Below are positions 36,291-45,823 of a DNA stretch of 64,000 nt, in pieces (position 1 is the first letter of the stretch; every line of letters begins with the position of its first letter). The DNA lies in assembly GCA_013820875.1 (NCBI GenBank), contig JACDHS010000008.1:277-64276 (forward strand). The letters are read 5' to 3'. A program made the position numbers and the translations under genes. The notes under the pieces were generated by a model, which saw only the letters and a program-made list of their open reading frames with translations, made no database searches and was not told the origin of the DNA. This stretch comes from Verrucomicrobiota bacterium (GTDB lineage: Bacteria; Verrucomicrobiota; Verrucomicrobiia; Limisphaerales; JACDHS01).

Positions 36291-37568
36291 TTACTTGGAC
36301 TCGCCGTTGACCACATCTACCGGAGCGCGCCCCACGAAGAATTCTTTGGTTTCCCCGTTTACCGCCAGGATCACGGAGGACTGCTTAATCTCGAGGCATT
36401 TGATTCCCAGGAATCCTTCGGCAAGTTTTAGCTGCTGTTCCTCTCCTTCGCTGAGGGTGAGGTCGTTGATCAAAGCGCTACTATTCTTTCCGAAGAAAAT
36501 GCCTTTCAGAATGACTGTCGTGGGCCTGGACGCTGGTTGCGGTTGCGGTGCTTCGGCGACCAACTCAGACGGTTGAGCGTTGGTTTGAGTGGCGGGTTGA
36601 ACCATAGGAACGGCAGGTTTAACAGCCGAGGTTTGCTTCGGAAGGGGCGAGTCGCTGATTTGCCTGATTAGATCAGCGCTCTGAAGCCTCCGATTTGTCC
36701 CCTTGTAAAGCCACTGCAGAATCCTGTTAAAACCGTAGCCGGACTCGACCTCGATCAATATATTTTGCTGCCCCACAGTGTAGAGATTTTTGCGAATCGA
36801 AGTTCTCACATGGGCTGCATTCTCATGTTCCATCAACTGGTATGCGACGAGTTCGCAAAAGCCTTCGACAGTATCCCGATCAATTGCGTTTGCCCTCTCG
36901 AACGGCAGGTTTTCATGAATCCATACGTGTGCTAATTCGTGAGCAATAGTTGACTTGATTTTGATTTCGGGAAAGCCATTGGCTACATAAATGTCATGCT
37001 GATAGCGCAGTTGTGTTCCCGCCGGTTGCTTGCTTCTTTCTGAGAGTTTTATTTCCTTATCCTCAGCATCAAAACACTTAGTCATGGTAAGTCCGACGAT
37101 GCTGGCCTGCTGCGGATTGAATCTCAGTTCCAATAAATCGTATAAAGTCGCGCTGCTGACCAGGGAAACCGTTACGTTTGATATCGCGAAATTCATTTTG
37201 AAACGCCAGAAGGCCCGATTGAGATCGACCGTGGTCTGGTAAGCCAGTCTATCCATCTCTTCGTAGGCGAATATCGCGGCTTGAAAATCTCGATCGCAGA
37301 AAAGCCGGTTGTCATCATACGTTTTGGAACCTTTCAGCGCAGGAAGCATGCAGACGAAGCATTGAGGAGCGTTGTCGATGCAGTGATGGCAGATATTTCG
37401 CTGGAAGCTTCCGTCGTATGAACTCAAGGAGACAACCTTCCTGCTATCCCTGCGACAGGATTCGCAGATATTGTCAGAGAATCCCCGTGGAGAAAGCGCC
37501 AGGAACAAAACCAGGACAACGATCTTCAGGAGTCGGGGAAGATATCTAATCACGTGGGCAAGGTTCAT
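36291..37568 (-). CDS. Secreted protein DA1-like zinc metallopeptidase
   Basis: Signal/TM, Cys pairs (CESC, CHHC, CFVC), IAHELAHVWI and VEGFCELVAY. Confidence 0.78.
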   Translation of the reverse strand: MNLAHVIRYLPRLLKIVVLVLFLALSPRGFSDNICESCRRDSRKVVSLSSYDGSFQRNICHHCIDNAPQCFVCMLPALKGSKTYDDNRLFCDRDFQAAIFAYEEMDRLAYQTTVDLNRAFWRFKMNFAISNVTVSLVSSATLYDLLELRFNPQQASIVGLTMTKCFDAEDKEIKLSERSKQPAGTQLRYQHDIYVANGFPEIKIKSTIAHELAHVWIHENLPFERANAIDRDTVEGFCELVAYQLMEHENAAHVRTSIRKNLYTVGQQNILIEVESGYGFNRILQWLYKGTNRRLQSADLIRQISDSPLPKQTSAVKPAVPMVQPATQTNAQPSELVAEAPQPQPASRPTTVILKGIFFGKNSSALINDLTLSEGEEQQLKLAEGFLGIKCLEIKQSSVILAVNGETKEFFVGRAPVDVVNGESK

Positions 37569-37681
37569 AACTTCTTTTTCCGTCCGTGCAAGGTTTTACA
37601 GAAAGATATTGTTCCTTCGGACGCCAGGCCCAATTTGCAATTTGCATTTCTTAATTTTCACTTTTCAATATCTCTACACAA

Positions 37682-38932
37682 ATGAGCATCGTTTCTCCTG
37701 ACCAAGTTTCCGAAATCGTCGCCTCCACTTGTCCTGCCAGGGATTACCGCGACAAAAAGGTGTTGCTCATCGTCCCGGATGGCACACGCACCGCGCCGAT
37801 TGGCTTGATGTTTCAGACTTTGTTCCAGCAGCTCGGTGAAGCGGTGCGGAATATGGATGTGCTGATCGCGCTTGGAACGCACCAACCGATGAGTGAAACG
37901 GCCATCTGCGAGCGACTGGATATTTCTGAAACCGAACGGCGCGACAAATATAAGAAAGTCCGTTTCTTCAACCACGCCTGGGATGATCCCGATGCGCTCC
38001 GCAACATCGGCGCCATCACTGCCGATGAAATCTCGAAGCTTTCCGGCGGCTTGTTCGCCATGGATGTGCCGGTTGAAATCAACAAGCTCGTCTATGATTA
38101 CGATCAACTCATCATCATCGGGCCGGTGTTTCCCCACGAAGTAGTCGGATTCTCTGGCGGAAATAAATACTTGTTCCCGGGCATCAGCGGCCCGCAAATC
38201 TTGAACTTCTTCCATTGGCTCGGCGCGGTCGTCACCAACCCGATGATCATTGGAAACAAATGGACCCCGGTTCGCGCCGTGGTGGATCGGGCCGGCGCAA
38301 TGGTCAGTGTGCCGAAACTTTGCTTCTCGCTTGTTGTGGATGGCAAAGAGTTGGCCGGCGTTTTCGCCGGTTCACCGGAATCGGCATGGGACCAGGCAAG
38401 CGAACTGTCGCGTCAACGCCACATTCTCTACAAGGACAAGCCGTTCCACACCATTCTCTCCTGTGCGCCGACAATGTATGACGAGATTTGGACCGCTGGG
38501 AAATGCATGTACAAGCTTGAGCCAGTGCTGGCTGATGGCGGCGAACTGATTATTTACGCGCCGCACGTTTCAGAAGTTTGCGTGACGCATCATGAAACGA
38601 TCATGGAGGTCGGCTATCATTGCCGCGATTACTTCCTGAAACAGTGGGATAAATTCAAGGATTACCCATGGGGAGTCATCGCCCATTCAACGCACGTCCG
38701 CGGCATCGGCACGTATGAAAACGGTGTGGAAAAGTGCCGGGCCCATGTAACGCTCGCCACGCAAATACCTGAAGAGGTTTGCAAAAAAATCAATCTCGGC
38801 TATCGCGATCCGAACAGCATCCGGATCGAAGATTACGCCGATCGCGAAGACGAAGGCGTCCTGCTGGTCCGAAAAGCCGGAGAAATGCTTTACCATTTGA
38901 AACAGCAACCCAAGTGGGCTGGCGGCCAGTAG
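37682..38932 (+). CDS. Lactate racemase (LarA)-superfamily protein
   Basis: VPDGTR, IALGTHQPM, FNH, PHEVVGFSGGNKYLFPG, FHWLG motifs. Confidence 0.85.
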   Translation: MSIVSPDQVSEIVASTCPARDYRDKKVLLIVPDGTRTAPIGLMFQTLFQQLGEAVRNMDVLIALGTHQPMSETAICERLDISETERRDKYKKVRFFNHAWDDPDALRNIGAITADEISKLSGGLFAMDVPVEINKLVYDYDQLIIIGPVFPHEVVGFSGGNKYLFPGISGPQILNFFHWLGAVVTNPMIIGNKWTPVRAVVDRAGAMVSVPKLCFSLVVDGKELAGVFAGSPESAWDQASELSRQRHILYKDKPFHTILSCAPTMYDEIWTAGKCMYKLEPVLADGGELIIYAPHVSEVCVTHHETIMEVGYHCRDYFLKQWDKFKDYPWGVIAHSTHVRGIGTYENGVEKCRAHVTLATQIPEEVCKKINLGYRDPNSIRIEDYADREDEGVLLVRKAGEMLYHLKQQPKWAGGQ

Positions 38933-38963
38933 GCGACATTTTCGCTCCTCGCTGTTTTCGCAT

Positions 38964-39089
38964 TTTGGACTGCGCTGGCAGCGCGCAGCGGCGACAGCGC
39001 TTTCGGGCGTATAAAGCACCAGGAAATTGAAAACTCCGCATTGGGCGTCCGAAAGCGGTGTCGCGCTTCGCTTGCCACCGCAGTCCAAA
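38964..39089. repeat. REP doublet
   Basis: TTGGACTGCGCTGGCAGCGCGCAGCGGCGACAGCGCTTTCGG...CCGAAAGCGGTGTCGCGCTTCGCTTGCCACCGCAGTCCAA. Confidence 0.85.
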
Positions 39090-39306
39090 TTCGTCTCCTC
39101 GTCACCGGATAATCTGTGTTGGTCGAATATTGCCCGTCTTCAACGAGGTTCGGCCAACATGGTCCGGATTTCGGTGCGAAACCCAAAGTAATCATCTAAA
39201 CTGAGGAAGGTGGACGGATGGAAACGAAGACCGCAGATTGACACCGCCCCGACACCGTCGAACTTTGGTTTTGTGCTTACGGACTGGCAGGACGGGAGAA
39301 CGATCA

Positions 39307-40224
39307 ATGGCTTTTCATTTCAAACGAGGCGAAGGAGTGGCGGTTGGCATTCATCGCCTTTTGCAGGAGCAAGTGGATTGTTCCATCCAACGCTTCGCTG
39401 AATGCATTCACCCAGGCGATTCCGTCCATGCGGTCCGCAAAAATATAAAAAAAATTCGAGCAATACTGACGCTGGTGCGCCCGCATTTTGAGAGCAAGGC
39501 TTATCGTCGCGAAACGGAAATACTCCGGGAAATTTCCAAGTTGCTTGCGCCGGTCCGTGACACCCAGGTACACCTGCAAACACTGAAAAGCCTTGCCGCC
39601 CATCTCAGAATAAAGCGCGGGGACAAATCTTTTGCAGCCATCGAACACCTGCTTGAGATGGAATGTAGAAAGGTGCGGAAAATATTCTTTTCAACGCACG
39701 AAGATCGCAAAGCAACGAAACTGCTTAAAGCGGCAAAGAAGGGCATCGCAGGGTTGAAAATCGTCAAGCAGAAGGGCGATTGGAAACTATTGAGCCATGG
39801 AATTAGGGATACCTATAAATGTGGGAAAAAGGGATTGCTCACTGGGCAAGAGGAGGGTGGGGCGGAAGAGTTCCACGAATGGAGGAAGTCGGTAAAACGT
39901 TTGTGGTATCAAATGCGTTTGCTATCCCCGGCATGGCCGGTGGTGATCCAAGCGCTAAATGACGAACTCGGACGCCTCGGCGAAGATCTTGGGATTGATC
40001 ACGATTTGTTCGTTCTTCGAACAATTATCGAGGAACTGCCCGCATCGGCGCTATCCGTCAAACAACGGGAATATTTATTTCGCTTGATAGCAAAACGTCA
40101 GGGTGAACTGCGCCGGGAAGCGCTGAGTCTGGGCAAAAGAATTTATTACGAAAGTCCGGCCCAGTTCTGTAAACGCGTAGGTCAGTATTGGGAGGCATGG
40201 CGCGGCGACCTGGAATGCGTTTGA
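39307..40224 (+). CDS. CHAD domain protein
   Basis: VHAVRKNIKKIRA, APVRD, FHEWRKSVKRLWY, LGIDHDLFVL motifs. Confidence 0.9.
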   Translation: MAFHFKRGEGVAVGIHRLLQEQVDCSIQRFAECIHPGDSVHAVRKNIKKIRAILTLVRPHFESKAYRRETEILREISKLLAPVRDTQVHLQTLKSLAAHLRIKRGDKSFAAIEHLLEMECRKVRKIFFSTHEDRKATKLLKAAKKGIAGLKIVKQKGDWKLLSHGIRDTYKCGKKGLLTGQEEGGAEEFHEWRKSVKRLWYQMRLLSPAWPVVIQALNDELGRLGEDLGIDHDLFVLRTIIEELPASALSVKQREYLFRLIAKRQGELRREALSLGKRIYYESPAQFCKRVGQYWEAWRGDLECV

Positions 40225-40228
40225 TTTC

Positions 40229-40417
40229 TCAACCGATTAGCAACCATTGATCTCGGCACAGCGGTAAGCGCCCGGACAAAGGTGGAAAAACGATTTCACG
40301 AAACGGCACTACAATGATACGCCCTTCCACACGGTCGAAATAGCCCAGTTCAAAGTCCCCGCGCGAAAACTCCTCATCCCAACAGATGCGATTCAACAGT
40401 TCATGTATCGGCGCCAT
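40229..40417 (-). pseudogene. Truncated DUF504/MJ1316-domain protein
   Basis: MAPIHELLNRICWD...ELGYFDRVEGRIIVVPF matches the family N-terminus, then degenerates into unrelated sequence. Confidence 0.6.
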
Positions 40418-40464
40418 AAGGGCTTCGCGTTGTGCTCGCGGTTCTACCTTGCCATGGCTGGTGT

Positions 40465-41256
40465 TCAGGTCTCGCGCGGCTCACGATTTTTTTGGAGATA
40501 AGGCGCAAACAATTCGATCGGCAGCGGAAGCACCGCCAGGGTGGTGCGTTCGTTGGAGACATCACCAATCGTTTGAAGAAAGCGCAATTGAAGTGCGATC
40601 GGTTGTTTTGCAATTCTTTCGCCCGCCTGCACCAGCCTTTCTGCCGCCTGGTATTCGCCTTCCGCATGGATGACTTTTGCCCGGCGTTCCCGTTCCACTT
40701 CGGCTTGTCGCGCCATTGCACGCCGCATCGTTTCGGGCAACGAGACATCGCGGATTTCCACCGCCGTTACTTTCACCCCCCACGGATCGGTCTGACGATC
40801 AATGATCTCCTGGAGCTTGCGATTGATTTTGTCACGTTGGGATAGCAGTTCGTCCAATTCCGCCTGGCCCACGACACTGCGCAACGTGGTTTGCGCGATC
40901 AATGAGGTGGCACGGAGAAAGTTTTCCACTTTTACGATGGCGGCTTCGGCGTCCATCACCCGAAAATAAACCACCGCATCCACACTCACCGGCACGTTGT
41001 CACAGGTCATCATGTCTTGCTTGGGCACGTCCACCGTCACCACGCGCAAATCCACTCGCACCATTTTGTCCACGATGGGGATGAGGAGGATCAGGCCCGG
41101 TCCTTTGGCGCACAGCAGTTTGCCCAACCGAAACACCACCCCGCGTTCGTATTCACGCAATATGCGAACTGCGGCAGGCAGGATCACTGCGATCAAAACA
41201 ATCAATGGTATCAACCAGGAGAGCCAGCCTCCGAATTGTTCTACAATAGCTTCCAT
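40465..41256 (-). CDS. Slipin (SPFH/stomatin-like) protein
   Basis: [51 protein letters not shown]. Confidence 0.95.
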   Translation of the reverse strand: MEAIVEQFGGWLSWLIPLIVLIAVILPAAVRILREYERGVVFRLGKLLCAKGPGLILLIPIVDKMVRVDLRVVTVDVPKQDMMTCDNVPVSVDAVVYFRVMDAEAAIVKVENFLRATSLIAQTTLRSVVGQAELDELLSQRDKINRKLQEIIDRQTDPWGVKVTAVEIRDVSLPETMRRAMARQAEVERERRAKVIHAEGEYQAAERLVQAGERIAKQPIALQLRFLQTIGDVSNERTTLAVLPLPIELFAPYLQKNREPRET

Positions 41257-41264
41257 AATTCACC

Positions 41265-42536
41265 TCAGGTTTTTGGTTTTACTTTTAAGGTCAGCCCTTC
41301 GATGCCAATGATTTCCACCAGTTGGCCGGCTTCGACAGGGTTCTCGCTGACTGCATTCCAAATCTCGCCCTCAACAAACACTGTGCCGCTCTGCTGGTTA
41401 ATGAGGGTCTCCGCTTTCGTGATTTTGCCGAGCAATGTTTCCCTCCCGGCACGCACGGGTCGCAATTGCGCCCGCAATCCGGCGCCCATCATGAAAAGGA
41501 AAAACACGGCCGTGAGAAGCGCGCCGGGAATGATGAAGCGCAGTGGCACGCGGAAGGCAGGCGTGTCAAATAACATCATGCTCCCGAAAATAAATGCGGC
41601 AATACCGCCTGCTGTCAGGAGGCCAAAAGAGGGCGTGAAGATCTCGGCAATGAACAGCGCCACGGCCAGTACCAGCAAAGCGATGCCAGCGATATTCACC
41701 GGCAGGACCGCCGCCATATAGAGAACGAGGATCAGCGCAATGGCGCCGACTACTCCAGGAAAAATCGCTCCTGGATTACCCAACTCGCCCAGGATGCCGT
41801 AAATGGCCACCAACATCAGGATGAACATCACCTCCGGCCGCCAGAACATCTGGAAAAACCTTTCCCGCAGCAGCATCGGTATCTCCCGGACTTTTGCCGA
41901 AGCGGTCTGGAGTTGATGGTCGTCCACCTGGCGACCGTCGAGTTTTTCCAATAGCTCGGGAAGATCCAGGGCAATGAGGTCAATGACGTTTGTTGCCAAC
42001 GCAGTTTCAGCAGTGATGGCAGCACTTTCCCGCACCGCCGACTTCGCCCACTCGATATTGCGACCGCGTTTTTTGGCAATCGTTTCGATGTAACTGACGG
42101 CAAAGTTAACCATCTTTTCTTTCATCACCTCATCCGCCTGGCCGCCGCCCAGGGCGACAGGATGGGCAGCGCCGATGCCGGTATCGGGTGCCATGGCCGC
42201 GACATGCGCCGCCAAGGTGATGAAAACTCCTGCGCTGCCCGCGTAAGCTCCGGCAGGAGCGACATAAACCACTACCGGCACTTTCGCGCCATAAAATGCG
42301 CGGACAATGTCTTTGGTGGAATCAAGCAGCCCTCCGGGTGTGTCGAGTTGAATGATGAGACACTGGAAATTTTGCTCGGCAGCCGCATCGATTGATCGCG
42401 AAATGTAATCAGCCGTCGCCGGACTGATCGGCCCCTGGATATGAATGATGCCGACTTCCGCAGCTTCGGCATCCACTTTGGGCCAGAAGAAGACGAGTCC
42501 CAACAGCAAACTCAAAAGCCAGCCCCTGGTGCGCAT
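41265..42536 (-). CDS. NfeD-family membrane-bound serine protease
   Basis: LDTPGG, AGSAG, AAMAPDTGIGAAHPV, TM bundle and C-terminal VEGEIWNA OB domain. Confidence 0.93.
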   Translation of the reverse strand: MRTRGWLLSLLLGLVFFWPKVDAEAAEVGIIHIQGPISPATADYISRSIDAAAEQNFQCLIIQLDTPGGLLDSTKDIVRAFYGAKVPVVVYVAPAGAYAGSAGVFITLAAHVAAMAPDTGIGAAHPVALGGGQADEVMKEKMVNFAVSYIETIAKKRGRNIEWAKSAVRESAAITAETALATNVIDLIALDLPELLEKLDGRQVDDHQLQTASAKVREIPMLLRERFFQMFWRPEVMFILMLVAIYGILGELGNPGAIFPGVVGAIALILVLYMAAVLPVNIAGIALLVLAVALFIAEIFTPSFGLLTAGGIAAFIFGSMMLFDTPAFRVPLRFIIPGALLTAVFFLFMMGAGLRAQLRPVRAGRETLLGKITKAETLINQQSGTVFVEGEIWNAVSENPVEAGQLVEIIGIEGLTLKVKPKT

Positions 42537-42732
42537 AATGCGTTTTCCAATCTCCAAAATTCCGCAGTTTCCTGAAATCAATTCAACCAATCATTGATGT
42601 GTGTTGGTGTAAATGAGGCAGAAAGCATGATTTTATGTTGGTTCTTTTCACCTCGCACCGCTCAAGCATCGGCTCACGCCAAGAGTCGAAACTTCAAATT
42701 GCGGTTGAGCTTACAAAACTGGGGCGGGAACC

Positions 42733-43182
42733 TCACAAATCGAAGCCTAGTTGTTCTTGTGTTGTGCTTGCAGGCGGGAGCGGTTGGGGATTCGGATACT
42801 CTGGAGGCAAAGGTTTTTCTGGTTCTGCAATTTTCTTGAAGAGTTTTGCCCGTTGTTCTCCCAGGGTTCGCGCGTCGGCTGGCATTTTTAGCATATTCAG
42901 AGCGTCTTGCGCCCCTTGCACTTTGCGCTGAGCGGCTAAGGTCAGCCACTTGCACGCTTCCGCCAAATCCCAGTCCACGCCAACACCATTGCTGAACGCG
43001 AGTCCTATATGCAATTGCGCCCGGCTATGTCCCTGCTGAGCGGCCCGTAAATACCACTCTGTTGCCACAGAAATGTTGCGCATTGTTCCGTGCCCCATCT
43101 CATAGCAGTAACCAAGCTGAAATTGAGCTTCCGCGTCGCCGCTTTCCGCGCGCGAACCCCACATATGGCACAAATCGTTCAT
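42733..43182 (-). CDS. Sel1-repeat protein
   Basis: AESGDAEAQFQLGYCY..G.G and AAQQGHSRAQLHIG...G.GV repeats. Confidence 0.85.
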   Translation of the reverse strand: MNDLCHMWGSRAESGDAEAQFQLGYCYEMGHGTMRNISVATEWYLRAAQQGHSRAQLHIGLAFSNGVGVDWDLAEACKWLTLAAQRKVQGAQDALNMLKMPADARTLGEQRAKLFKKIAEPEKPLPPEYPNPQPLPPASTTQEQLGFDL

Positions 43183-43631
43183 GGGAATGGCGCCGATATT
43201 AGATCCTTTCAAAAACTCCGACAAGAATCATGTGTCGAAACGGGTGTGATTGAAAGATCTGAGGGAAATTCTTCACCCACTTTTAATCACCGCCCGATTC
43301 TTCAGGTGAATTATTTTGCCCCTCAGGGATTTACGACGCTATAGAGATGGGGCGGAAGTGGGGGGGGGACGATGGCCGAGATGCCTGGTATTTCTCGGAA
43401 ACAAGGCTGATGTAAGAAGGGCGAGGCTTGTATTTCTCCGAAGAGGGCAGCTTGCCGGGGTGGGATTTCAAACGACTGAGATGGAAGGGGTGCGTATGCA
43501 CAAACGGAGCGCGGCGTAACCGCAGAGCGGTTCGTCTCATTTATAGTTCTGGCTTGTCCGTAGGATCAGCCGCAGCACGTGAGTTTTGGGAGCGATATTC
43601 GGATTCCCATCGCTATAATTCCGTGGAGGTT

Positions 43632-45017
43632 TTAGGGGCTTCTTGGCCGTGTCAGGAGAGAACCAATCGCGGCGAGGCCCAGTGCGAGCGCGCCCAATGC
43701 CGCCACAGGTTTGGCAAGTGTCAGCGCTTTGGTTTTCGTCGAGCCATACTGCAGTCGATGGCGGGTGCGCCGTTCAAACTGTTCCCATTTCATGATGGCT
43801 TTTCCGGGCATTTGGACGCCGAGCCCTTTCATGAGTTCCGGCATGGCATTGCGCAACACGGGATGGCCAGGAATGAAATAAACCCGGGAATCGTTTTTGT
43901 ATTGGGGCTTCGCGGAATCGTCAAAAACAACGTAAGGCCCTTCCTTCAGATGCTCTTCAAAAGCGGGATCATCCGCCTCTCCAATCATGATTGTCGGAGT
44001 TCCACGGGCCCAGATCACTTTGTTCAGATCGCCCCGCGCCAACATGCTGTCGAGCACGCTTTTCACATGGCCTATGGTTCCGGCAAGCGTGACTTTCTTT
44101 CCGACAATGAAATTGATTGGCAAATAATCGAAGCCCTCGTGCCCTGGCCAGGCAGGAAACGAAACTTCATCGATGGGAACTCCGCGGAATTCAATCGGCT
44201 CGCGCACTCCCAAACCGCGTTCCTCCGCTTCGCGTGCAAACTCCAGCTTCCGCCAATCGCGCTGCAGCAATCGCGCAATCGCCACATCCGTCGCCACGGG
44301 ATCCGTCGAGGCCAGGATGCAACCACACCAGCGCGGCACATTCGCGATCGGACCGTCACCTTCGCCGCAAATCAGCGCATCAACAACGCACAAGGTGGGC
44401 CGAGTCACCGTCATAATGTCCATGAACCGGCCGATCATGTCTTCATCGCCGTGGTTGTGTTCGCGCCAGTTCTGATTCACCGCGCCGACCCAATTTTTTA
44501 ACGCGCCGCTGATCGGCTCGATGTGATGATTTTTCGCCTTCGGCACATTGATGATTACATCGGCATTGAGCAGCGGGGTTGGCAACGGAGCATGATTCAC
44601 CACGCGTCCATCTGGAATTTGAACGGTTCGGTTCGGCACATCATCGCTGCCGAGGTCGATTAGTTCTGCGCCTTCCTTCTTTGCGACGGCAGCCATACCG
44701 GTAATCTTCATGCACTCGAGGGAATTGAAGAACCCGCCGCTTGATTCAGCGACGATGACCCGGCGGGCTTTCGCTTCTTTGCAGAGTCGAATAAGCGCGC
44801 CGACCACGAGCGGATCCGTCGTGCAACCTTCTTCCGCGGAATAATAAACTGTTTGATTGGGTTTAATCAGCACGGTAGCGCCGGGTGGAATAAATTGTGA
44901 AATCCCGCCGATCTCCAGCAGTGCCGCTTCGACCAGCGCCAATACCCGCTCTTGTGAACGATGCTTTTCTTTTGTATGCGCGATTGCAACCACAGCCCCA
45001 CCTTCATTTTTCATCAT
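43632..45017 (-). CDS. DUF362-domain (putative Fe-S) protein
   Basis: VLIKPN, TTDPLVV, IINVPKAKNH, GALKNWVG, VDALICGEGDGP, ASTDPVATD; start reassigned to ATG 45017. Confidence 0.88.
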   Translation of the reverse strand: MMKNEGGAVVAIAHTKEKHRSQERVLALVEAALLEIGGISQFIPPGATVLIKPNQTVYYSAEEGCTTDPLVVGALIRLCKEAKARRVIVAESSGGFFNSLECMKITGMAAVAKKEGAELIDLGSDDVPNRTVQIPDGRVVNHAPLPTPLLNADVIINVPKAKNHHIEPISGALKNWVGAVNQNWREHNHGDEDMIGRFMDIMTVTRPTLCVVDALICGEGDGPIANVPRWCGCILASTDPVATDVAIARLLQRDWRKLEFAREAEERGLGVREPIEFRGVPIDEVSFPAWPGHEGFDYLPINFIVGKKVTLAGTIGHVKSVLDSMLARGDLNKVIWARGTPTIMIGEADDPAFEEHLKEGPYVVFDDSAKPQYKNDSRVYFIPGHPVLRNAMPELMKGLGVQMPGKAIMKWEQFERRTRHRLQYGSTKTKALTLAKPVAALGALALGLAAIGSLLTRPRSP

Positions 45018-45298
45018 GCCTCCCTGTTTGATTTCGCTGCCATCGTCGTGAAGCAGCATCACACCAATGCATTCAAATTCGCCGCGAGGTACCCTGTTGT
45101 CTATAGGGACTGCCAACGTAATCTGCGGATAATTGGAATCCGCTATCCGAAATGGGTAGCAGACGAGGTGACGAGGCTCCATTTAACGACGTTGGTCAGA
45201 ACTTCCTGACGTCAGCTGCTACTTCGGTGATCTAGCGTATTATGCAAAGGATAAGGTGAGCAACTGAAAGCCTGTGAGATTCCCCAGTTCGTCAACAA

Positions 45299-45805
45299 TT
45301 AAGGATCGGATGAACAGCTGACACGTCGATGTTGATTACTTCTAACCGAACGGTTTCGAGCAGTTCGGGCAAAGGCTTTGAACATTTTATGAACAGTGTT
45401 TGCCTCGTCCTTTAGATCGTGCTCCCAGATACGAACGACTGTCCAACCCGCTTTACGAAGCGCTCGGCTCACGGCGCGATCTCGCTCCATATTTCTTTCC
45501 AGTTTTGCCGACCAAAAAGCTGATCGTGTCAATGGGATATGTCCATGCCGTCGACAGCCGTGCCAAAAGCAACCATCCAAGAATAACGCTAGACGCTCAC
45601 GTTTCCAGACGAAGTCTGGGCGTAGGTGCCCATGTTGAACCGGTGGATTCGGTCCACGCAATGTCAATCGGATATGCCGACGCCATCCTCGCATCTTATT
45701 GGCGCGAAGGATCGATAACATGCGTTGCTCGGTACTCAGGTTGCCTTGCGAACGAATGGAAGCCATCAATTGTGAGCGCTTCGAGGTCGTGAAGATGTCT
45801 GCCAT
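45299..45805 (-). CDS. vsr: Very-short-patch repair endonuclease
   Basis: MADIF...RSQLMASIRS...TE, RPDFV, FLDGCFWHGC, WSAKLERNMERD, WEHD. Confidence 0.93.
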   Translation of the reverse strand: MADIFTTSKRSQLMASIRSQGNLSTEQRMLSILRANKMRGWRRHIRLTLRGPNPPVQHGHLRPDFVWKRERLALFLDGCFWHGCRRHGHIPLTRSAFWSAKLERNMERDRAVSRALRKAGWTVVRIWEHDLKDEANTVHKMFKAFARTARNRSVRSNQHRRVSCSSDP

Positions 45806-45823
45806 TGTGTTCTGGATTGTAAA

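Noticed and set aside
43389-43444. TATTTCTC(G/C)GAA twice at 42-bp spacing
   Set aside because: Only two copies; too few to call a fifth phased array.
45018-45182. 55-codon N-terminal extension of the DUF362 ORF (similarly for 8851-9015, 22398-22670, 59989-60225)
   Set aside because: Family homology starts at downstream ATGs; the extensions are probably incidental open frame.
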